DNA of 57,010 nucleotides from Acetobacteraceae bacterium (lineage in GTDB: Bacteria; Pseudomonadota; Alphaproteobacteria; Acetobacterales; Acetobacteraceae), in NCBI GenBank assembly GCA_009693795.1, contig SHWN01000001.1, positions 1-57,010 of the forward strand, written 5' to 3'. Of the stretch, positions 50,643 to 57,010 are shown in pieces; the first letter of the stretch is position 1, and every line of letters starts with the position of its first letter. The position numbers were made by a program, and so were the translations under genes. The notes beneath the pieces were generated by a model. That model saw nothing but the letters and a program-made list of their open reading frames with translations, ran no database searches and was not told the origin of the DNA.

Positions 50643-51956
50643 ATGCCGATCCCTGTTCAACCTGTGATATCAGACCCCGACTTGCCGGCGCGGGCCGATG
50701 TGGTGGTGATTGGCGGGGGCATAGCGGGGGTAACGACGGCGTTGTTCCTGGCGCGTAAGGGGATTTCCGTCGCGCTATGTGAGAAGGGTGAAATCGGGAC
50801 GGAGCAGTCGGGGCGGAACTGGGGGTGGTGCAGGACCCTGGGGCGCGATCGAGCGGAGATTCCGTTGGCGATGGAGAGCCTGCGGCTGTGGCGCGGAATG
50901 AATTCGATGATCGGTGGGGAGACGGGGTTTCGTCAGGCCGGGATCGTCTATGTCTATGATACCGAGGCGGAGGTGGCGGCGCAGGAGGCGTGGCTGGCGC
51001 TGGCGCGGCTGCATCAATCGGATGCGCTTGTGCTGCGGGGGGCGGAGATGACGGCGCTGTTGCCAGGGATGCAACGGGCCTTCGCCGGGGCGCTTTATAC
51101 CGGGACGGATGGGCGGGCGGAGCCGTTTATCGCCGTACCGGCGATGGCGGAGGGAGCGCGTCGGCTGGGTGTGAGCATCCACACCAACTGCGCGGTGCGG
51201 GGGTTTGAGATGCAGGCGGGACGGGTTTCCGCCGCCGTCACCGAACGCGGGACGATTGCGTGTTCATCGATCGTGCTAGCGGGCGGGGCGTGGTCGCGTT
51301 TGTTCTGCGGTAATCTGGGGATAGATTTACCGCAACTGAAGGTCATGGGCTCGGTGATGCGCACGGCAAAGCTGGAGGGCGCACCAGAGATGGCTGTGGG
51401 TGGATCGGATTTTGCGTTTCGCAAGCGGCTTGATGGGGGTTACACGATCGCGCGGCGGGGATTGCACGAGGCGCCGTTGGTGCCCGACAGCTTTCGGTTG
51501 TTTTTTGATTTTCTACCGTCCCTGCGCGGCGAGCATGGCGGGGTGAAATTACGGCTGAATGCTCGATTCTGGGAGGAATGGCAAACAAAGCGCGTGTGGT
51601 CTTTGGATGAAATCACGCCGTTCGAGACGATTCGAACCTATGATCCAAAACCGACTCGCGCGCTGCTGGATGAGGCGCGGGCCACCATCGCGGGGGCTTT
51701 TCCGGTGTTTGGCGGCATGCAAGTGGAAGCAGCCTGGGCCGGGTTGATCGATACCACACCCGATCAGGTGCCGGTGATCGGCGAGGTGCCATACTATCCA
51801 GGGTTCTTTATCTCCACCGGCTATTCAGGGCACGGGTTCGGCATCGGGCCTGGCGCGGGGCGACTGACGGCGGATATCGTCGCAGGTGATACACCCGTCG
51901 TAGACCCGACGCCCTTTCGACTGAGTCGCTTTAAGCGGCTGGCGGCGATCAGGTGA
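50643..51956 (+). CDS. FAD-dependent oxidoreductase (DAO family)
   Basis: 437 aa; N-terminal dinucleotide fold DVVVIGGGIAGVTTALFLARKG. Confidence 0.8.
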   Translation: MPIPVQPVISDPDLPARADVVVIGGGIAGVTTALFLARKGISVALCEKGEIGTEQSGRNWGWCRTLGRDRAEIPLAMESLRLWRGMNSMIGGETGFRQAGIVYVYDTEAEVAAQEAWLALARLHQSDALVLRGAEMTALLPGMQRAFAGALYTGTDGRAEPFIAVPAMAEGARRLGVSIHTNCAVRGFEMQAGRVSAAVTERGTIACSSIVLAGGAWSRLFCGNLGIDLPQLKVMGSVMRTAKLEGAPEMAVGGSDFAFRKRLDGGYTIARRGLHEAPLVPDSFRLFFDFLPSLRGEHGGVKLRLNARFWEEWQTKRVWSLDEITPFETIRTYDPKPTRALLDEARATIAGAFPVFGGMQVEAAWAGLIDTTPDQVPVIGEVPYYPGFFISTGYSGHGFGIGPGAGRLTADIVAGDTPVVDPTPFRLSRFKRLAAIR

Positions 51957-51958
51957 GT

Positions 51959-52185
51959 GTGACTGACAAGAAGTAAGATCGGGGGCTTTGTCCCCCCCCC
52001 CCACCAGGGACATGGCGCCCCCGGAGCCCCGTCCGTTTGGTTTTCATGGAGAATGGACCTACTGAGACCGTGGTGACGACCGCCTATGCCCTTCATCCAC
52101 GAGAACCAAATGAATGGGCTCTAAGGGGCGTCGTCCCTTAGCAGGGTTCGGGGCAGAGCCCCGACCTTAACTTCCTGTCAGTCAC
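51959..52185. repeat. MITE-like nested-palindrome intergenic repeat, copy 3 (long form, with C11 tract)
   Basis: ~28-bp imperfect terminal inverted repeats (gtgactgacaagaagtaagatcggggg / ccccgaccttaacttcctgtcagtcac). It has the same hairpin modules as the other copies and a homopolymeric C11 at 51992-52002. It starts 3 nt after the upstream stop codon. Confidence 0.8.
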
Positions 52186-52208
52186 GCTCACCTAATCCCT
52201 GACAGCTG

Positions 52209-52514
52209 CTAATGCGTCCAGTTTTCGTTGCGACCGGCTTTGAAGTTGTCGGCGTAGGCTTTTTGTCGGATGCGACGTTCGATGGGGAGTTCGAGATCGA
52301 AGGTGAGGCCGTATTTTTTTGCGTAGGCGACGGCTTCGTCCTTGGTGGGGAAGCGCAGGCGGAGTTGAGCCTGGGTGTCGGCGCTGCCGCTCCAGCCCAT
52401 GAGCGGGTCGGCGACGCAGCGTTCAGAGGGTTCGAATTCCAATAGCCATTCATCGCTGTTGGCGCGGCCGGATTGCATGGCGTTCTTCGGTGGCTGGTAG
52501 ATGCGTGCGCGCAT
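52209..52514 (-). CDS. ETC complex I subunit conserved-region protein (NDUFS4-like)
   Basis: MRARIYQPPKNAMQSGRAN...WLLEFEP....DPLMGWSGSADT..Q..L.F..KDEAVAYAKKYG. Confidence 0.8.
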   Translation of the reverse strand: MRARIYQPPKNAMQSGRANSDEWLLEFEPSERCVADPLMGWSGSADTQAQLRLRFPTKDEAVAYAKKYGLTFDLELPIERRIRQKAYADNFKAGRNENWTH

Positions 52515-52558
52515 GTTTCTCTCTCAATTCTCTGTCACTTCATCCCGGCACTGCATCC

Positions 52559-52636
52559 TGGTCGGGGCGGCCGGATTCGAACCGGCGGCCTCGTGTACCC
52601 AAAACACGCGCGCTAACCAGACTGCGCCACGCCCCG
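52559..52636 (-). tRNA. tRNA-Pro (anticodon TGG), CCA encoded
   Basis: The reverse complement folds as acceptor CGGGGCG/CGCCCCG, anticodon loop TTTGGGT and T-loop TTCGAAT. Confidence 0.9.
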
Positions 52637-52718
52637 ATCCGGAATCGGGCGCAAGCTATGGGCGGGGCGATGGGAGCGCAAGCCCAGATAGGTCAGATCA
52701 GGGAAGCGATTGGGCAAT

Positions 52719-52991
52719 CTAGCGAAAAGTTTCTTCCGGAAGGGCTTTGAGCGAGGTGGTGCGGATACTTCCGGTCTTGCCGAGCATCAGGGTGAAGCGG
52801 GCGGCAACGGCGTCGCCGGAGACTTCGTAGATGGCGACAAGGTCATATTCGCCCGTGATCATGAGAATCTGGTTGAACTGGCTGCCCATTTTTATCAGGA
52901 CTTTCTTCGCCGATTCGAGACGTTTGGATAGATCGCCGATGGTGCGGACACCTTGGTCTGTCCGATGGGCGAGCAGGACACAGCTGGGCAT
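52719..52991 (-). CDS. GYD-domain protein
   Basis: 90 aa with the characteristic GEYDLVAIYE motif. Confidence 0.75.
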   Translation of the reverse strand: MPSCVLLAHRTDQGVRTIGDLSKRLESAKKVLIKMGSQFNQILMITGEYDLVAIYEVSGDAVAARFTLMLGKTGSIRTTSLKALPEETFR

Positions 52992-53053
52992 GGGTGCCTC
53001 CTGCCTGCGTGTGGCGGCAGCCTACACTCGGTTGATGAAGAAATTCACACGCT

Positions 53054-53812
53054 TCACGAAGGCATGAAGATGCCACCATTGGCGTGGACGGTCTGGCCGG
53101 TCATGAAGCTGGATTTGCCGGAGGCTAGGAATACAGCGACGTTGGCGATGTCCTCTGGCTGACCCATGCGGCCGAGCGGCATGGCGATTGCGCGGGCGGC
53201 GAGGTCTTCCTCCGTGTGGCCGTCGCGCGGCTGGGCAGTGTCGGTCAGGCCGGGGGCGATGGCATTGACGCGGATGTTTGCGCCCGCGAGTTCCAGCGCC
53301 ATGGCGCGGGTGAGGGAGACGACGCCGCCTTTAGACGCCGCGTAATGCACGCCACGGGGTGAGGCGCCGAAGATGGCCGAGGAGGCCATGTTAATAATGC
53401 TGCCTTTGGTGCCGGCGGTGATCATGGCGCGGGCAGCGGCCTGGGCGATGAAGCAATTAGCCTTCAGATTGATCGCATGGACGAAATCCCAGTCGCTGGG
53501 CTGCATCTCCAGGAAGGCGACGCGGGGGAAGACGCCGGCATTGTTCACTAGGATGTCAATTTTCCCGAAGGCAGCGATGGTGGCATCCACCAGATTTTTT
53601 GGTGTGTCGGAGGCGGCGACGTCGGCCTGGATGAGCACAACGCGGCGGCCCAGGGCGCGGATGGCGGCGGCGACTGCCTCGGCGTCTGATGGTTTGTCGA
53701 GGTAGTTGAGGGCGATATCAGCGCCTTCCTGGGCGAAGGCGAGGGCGATGGCCTTGCCGATGCCTTGCTGCGCGCCGGTGATGAGAGCGGATTTGCCGGC
53801 AAGATTTCCCAT
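53054..53812 (-). CDS. SDR-family oxidoreductase
   Basis: TGAQQGIGKA cofactor motif, NNAG, and the Y-x-x-x-K catalytic motif (YAASK). Confidence 0.85.
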   Translation of the reverse strand: MGNLAGKSALITGAQQGIGKAIALAFAQEGADIALNYLDKPSDAEAVAAAIRALGRRVVLIQADVAASDTPKNLVDATIAAFGKIDILVNNAGVFPRVAFLEMQPSDWDFVHAINLKANCFIAQAAARAMITAGTKGSIINMASSAIFGASPRGVHYAASKGGVVSLTRAMALELAGANIRVNAIAPGLTDTAQPRDGHTEEDLAARAIAMPLGRMGQPEDIANVAVFLASGKSSFMTGQTVHANGGIFMPS

Positions 53813-53828
53813 GGTGGTCTCCTGTTGT

Positions 53829-54833
53829 TCAGTCTTGGGTGGGGGGAAGCCAGAGCACCTGGTGGATGCGGTCGGCGCCGGAGGCCAGCATTGCCAGGCG
53901 GTCGAAGCCGAGCGCGATACCGGAGGAGGCTGGCATACCGTGGGTCAGGGCGGCGAGGAAATCTTCGTCCAGTGGCCAGTCCTCGCCATAGAGTGCTTGG
54001 CGGCGGGTGCGGTCGGCGAGGAAGCGGGCGCGTTGTTCCACTGGGTCCGTCAGTTCGTGGAAGGCATTGGCGAGTTCGATTCCACCGACAAAAAGCTCAA
54101 ACCGCTCGGCAATTCTGGGATCCGTAGGGTCTCGGCGGGCGAGCGCGGCCTGGGCGGCGGGCCAGTGGGTAAGAAAAATGGGGTGGTCTCGGCCGAGATA
54201 CGGTTCGATGCGTTCGAGGAGCAGGCGAAAGAAGAGGTCCTCCCAGGTTTCGTGTTCGCGCAGTTTTGCGCCGGCCTGTGCAGCGAGTGCCGGGGCATCA
54301 TCGGCAGTGGCGAGGACATCGGCACCGGCATACTGAAAAAAGGCTTCGGCGACGGTTAGGCGTTCAAAATTTTCCAAACGGGTGGTAATGCCGCGCGACG
54401 TCACGATGGGGGGAAGTGCGGCACGGAGGAACGCTTCCGTCTGGTCCATGAGGCCAGTGAAGGAAAGACCGGGTTGGTACCATTCCAGCATGGTGAATTC
54501 ATGCGCGTGCAGGGCACTGCCCTCGCCGTTGCGCCAGACCCTGGCCAGTTGGAAAATTTTTCCGGCGCCGGCGACAAGCAGTTTCTTCATGGCAAATTCG
54601 GGGGAGGTATGCAGCCATAATTTCGTCCGTGCGCCATCCGTGGCTTCCCGCTCCGTGGCGAAGGTGCGCAGATGCACTTCCTCGCCCGGGCTGGGGACGG
54701 CGTAGGGGGTTTCGACCTCGGAAAAACCTTGATCGGTGAAGAAGGTGCGAGTGGCCTGGATCAGTTCCGTGCGCCGGCGCAGGAATGGCAGACGCGCGGC
54801 TAGGCTGTCGGGGTACCAGGAAGGTTGCGGCAT
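53829..54833 (-). CDS. epmA: EF-P lysine aminoacylase (truncated LysRS paralog, GenX/PoxA)
   Basis: Class II aaRS core without an anticodon domain (FSEVETPY..., FQLARVWRNGE, GIALGFDRL). Start at MPQPSW (54833). Confidence 0.8.
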   Translation of the reverse strand: MPQPSWYPDSLAARLPFLRRRTELIQATRTFFTDQGFSEVETPYAVPSPGEEVHLRTFATEREATDGARTKLWLHTSPEFAMKKLLVAGAGKIFQLARVWRNGEGSALHAHEFTMLEWYQPGLSFTGLMDQTEAFLRAALPPIVTSRGITTRLENFERLTVAEAFFQYAGADVLATADDAPALAAQAGAKLREHETWEDLFFRLLLERIEPYLGRDHPIFLTHWPAAQAALARRDPTDPRIAERFELFVGGIELANAFHELTDPVEQRARFLADRTRRQALYGEDWPLDEDFLAALTHGMPASSGIALGFDRLAMLASGADRIHQVLWLPPTQD

Positions 54834-54860
54834 TTGTCCTCGGGGTCTAAGGCCCGCAGC

Positions 54861-55895
54861 ATGCCGGATGATTTTTGTCCCGACCATCGCAGTTTACGCT
54901 GTGCCGATGATTTGGTGGCCGCCGGGCTGGTGGCCGCCGAGGCACGCAGTGGCGTGGCGGCGGTGGCGGCGCGCTATGCGGTGGCGATAACCCCGGCCGT
55001 GCGCGTGTTGATCGAGGCGCCGGACGATCCGATCGGGTTACAGTATATCCCGCATCCGGATGAGCTGGAGACGGCGGCACATGAGCGGGCCGATCCGATC
55101 GGCGACGAAAAATTATCGCCGATCAAGGGCATCGTGCATCGCTATGCGGATCGGGTGCTGTTGAAGCCGCTACTGGTGTGCCCTGTCTATTGCCGGTTCT
55201 GTTTCCGGCGCGAGCAGGTGGGGCCGGATGGCGGGCTTTTGACCGGGGCCGAGTTGCAAGCGGCCTATGGCTGGATCGCGGCACGGCCGGAGATCCTGGA
55301 AGTTATTTTGACTGGGGGCGATCCGTTCTTGCTGTCCCCTCGCCGGTTGGCGGAGATTTTGGCCGCCCTTTCGGAGATTTCACATGTGGAAACCTTGCGC
55401 ATTCATACGCGGGTGCCGGTGGCCGATCCGGGGCTAGTAACGGCGGAGCTGGTGGCGGCGTTGACGGTGGAAAAACCGCTTTGGGTGGTGGTGCATGCCA
55501 ATCATGCGCGCGAATTTTCTCCTGACGCACGGGCGGGGTTGGATCGATTGCGGCGGGCTGGGATTCCCTTGTTGGGCCAGTCCGTGTTGCTGCGCGGGGT
55601 GAATGATTCGGCGGAAGCGCTGGAGCAATTATTTCGGGCGATGCTATCGGTGCGGATGAAGCCCTACTACCTCCATCAGTTAGACGCAGCGCCGGGGACA
55701 CAGCGGTTTCATGTGCCAATTGAAGAAGGCAGGGCGCTGTTAGCGGGTTTGCGCGGGCGGGTGACGGGTTTGGCGTGGCCGACCTATGTGCTGGATATTC
55801 CGGGCGGGGCGGGAAAAGTGCCGATCGGACCAAAATTTTGGTTGGGCGATGGGATCGTGCGCGGACCGGACGGCGTCACTCGCGATATCCGATGA
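54861..55895 (+). CDS. epmB: EF-P beta-lysylation protein, lysine 2,3-aminomutase family
   Basis: Radical-SAM CPVYCRFCFRRE motif with KamA-like similarity over the full length. Start at MPDDF (54861). Confidence 0.8.
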   Translation: MPDDFCPDHRSLRCADDLVAAGLVAAEARSGVAAVAARYAVAITPAVRVLIEAPDDPIGLQYIPHPDELETAAHERADPIGDEKLSPIKGIVHRYADRVLLKPLLVCPVYCRFCFRREQVGPDGGLLTGAELQAAYGWIAARPEILEVILTGGDPFLLSPRRLAEILAALSEISHVETLRIHTRVPVADPGLVTAELVAALTVEKPLWVVVHANHAREFSPDARAGLDRLRRAGIPLLGQSVLLRGVNDSAEALEQLFRAMLSVRMKPYYLHQLDAAPGTQRFHVPIEEGRALLAGLRGRVTGLAWPTYVLDIPGGAGKVPIGPKFWLGDGIVRGPDGVTRDIR

Positions 55896-55928
55896 TCTGA
55901 AAGCTGACCTTTTACGGGAGACGACATC

Positions 55929-56611
55929 ATGTATATCAATTTATTGCTATTCCCAAATAACACTCAGCTTGACCTGACCGGCCCGTTCGAGGTGTTCGCG
56001 AACATGCCCGGCGCGACGGTGCATCTGGTCTGAAAAACGCTCGATCCGGTCGCCTCCATCACCGGGATGCGGATGGTGCCCGATACAAATTTTGCCGTGC
56101 GCCTGCAATAGGAAGTGCTGTGCGTTCCGGGCGGGCCCGGGGTCGCCGTGCTGATGGAAGATAAGGAGGAGCTGGCGTTTCTGCGCCAGCAGGCTTTGGG
56201 CGTGCGCTATGTGACCTCCGCCTGCACCGGGGCGCTGGTGTTGGGGGCGGCGGGTTGCTGCGCAGGAGGCGAGCAACGACGCATTGGGCCTCGCATGACT
56301 CTCTAGCCAGCCTGGGCGCCATCCCCATGCAGGGGCGCGTGGTGCGTGACGGCAATCTTCTGACCGGTGGGGGCGTGACGGCGGGGATCGATTTTGTCCT
56401 TACCCTGGTGGCGGGGATTTGCGGGACGGATGTAGCGCGGGCGATCCAGTTGCAGATCGAGTACACGCCGACGCCGCCCTTCGACGCCAGTTCGCCAGAC
56501 ACTGCGCCGGCGAATGTGTTGGGCCTGGCGCGGGAGTGCTGGGCCCGCAAGCGGGCACAACGCGAGGCGCTGATCGGGCGGGTGGCGGCGCGGCTGGCGT
56601 TCGCTGGCTAA
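55929..56611 (+). pseudogene. DJ-1/PfpI-family protein pseudogene
   Basis: MYINLLLFPNNTQLDLTGPFEVFANMPGATVHLV*... In-frame TGA at 56031 and TAG at 56109. The conserved nucleophile elbow SACTGALVLGAAG is followed by a frameshift near 56255, and the remainder (ATTHWASHDSLASLG...GGGVTAGIDF) is in another frame. Confidence 0.75.
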
Positions 56612-56699
56612 CCCCAACCTTGCTCGCGTTCCCCCAACCGTCTAGAAGCCCCGCACCCCTCGACATTGCGCCAACCCTTCGATCGAGAAGATATCCACC

Positions 56700-57010
56700 A
56701 TGAAACAACAGGCGAATTTGATCCGCGCCGGCCAGGTCATCGATCATGATGGTAATCGCTGGACAGTGCTCAAGCAGCAGATCATCACCCCCGGTAAGGG
56801 GGGCGCGTTCATCCAGGTGGAAATGCGCAATCTGAAATCCGGCAACAAGACGAACGAGCGCTGGCGCACCGCAGATACCGTCGAGCGGCTGATGACGGAG
56901 CAGAAGGAATATAATTACTCCTATACCGACGGCACGAACCTCGTTCTGATGGACCAGGAGACCTATGAGGAAGTGCATGTGCCGGCGGCGTTGCTGGGCG
57001 ATGCGGCGCC
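56700..57010 (+). CDS. efp: translation elongation factor P (5' part; runs off the window)
   Basis: MKQQANLIRAGQVIDHDGNRWTVLKQQIITPGKGGAFIQVEMRNLKSGNKT... with the PGKG loop lysine. Confidence 0.85.
   Translation, partial: MKQQANLIRAGQVIDHDGNRWTVLKQQIITPGKGGAFIQVEMRNLKSGNKTNERWRTADTVERLMTEQKEYNYSYTDGTNLVLMDQETYEEVHVPAALLGDAA

Noticed and set aside
55929-56611. In-frame TGA/TAG codons as recoding (selenocysteine, pyrrolysine or a reassigned stop).
   Set aside because: Different stop codons occur together with frameshifts in the same gene. Other decayed genes show TAG, TAA and indels. Intact neighbouring genes terminate normally with all three stops. Pseudogenisation is the simpler explanation.

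Overview
High-GC alphaproteobacterial chromosome segment. Protein sequences and gene order look Rhodospirillales/Acetobacteraceae-like, but that is inference only. Most of the window is core housekeeping. It carries prfB (with the classical +1 frameshift site), mrcA, an AmiC-like amidase, rne, the ubiE-coaBC-dut-pyrF chain, mutM, rpsT and dnaA-dnaN-recF. These are followed by a hyuB/hyuA hydantoinase/oxoprolinase pair behind mntH with divergent mntR, and a tightly coupled ABC/GldG-like/DUF4340/NUDIX operon. The rest holds rpsB-tsf, tRNA-Leu, tig-clpP-clpX-lon, ggt, typA, cspA, mmsB, tRNA-Pro, epmA/epmB and the 5' part of efp. Two things sit on top of this core. (1) At least eight decayed genes: two IS remnants, plus MFS, acyl-CoA synthetase, DJ-1/PfpI, DUF350, acyltransferase and a second hyuA, with in-frame TAG/TAA/TGA codons, frameshifts and truncations. 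(2) Three copies of a roughly 150-230 bp nested-palindrome MITE-like repeat, each lying exactly between convergent genes. I found no CRISPR array, reverse transcriptase, integrase, toxin-antitoxin pair or other self-contained defence-type module. I cannot point to a convincing new multi-gene system. The best leads are the MITE-like repeat family, the ABC/GldG/DUF4340/NUDIX operon, the mntR/mntH-hyuBA arrangement, the csp-linked small protein, and the gene-decay pattern. All coordinates come from reading the sequence and the ORF track. No database search or numerical computation was possible.
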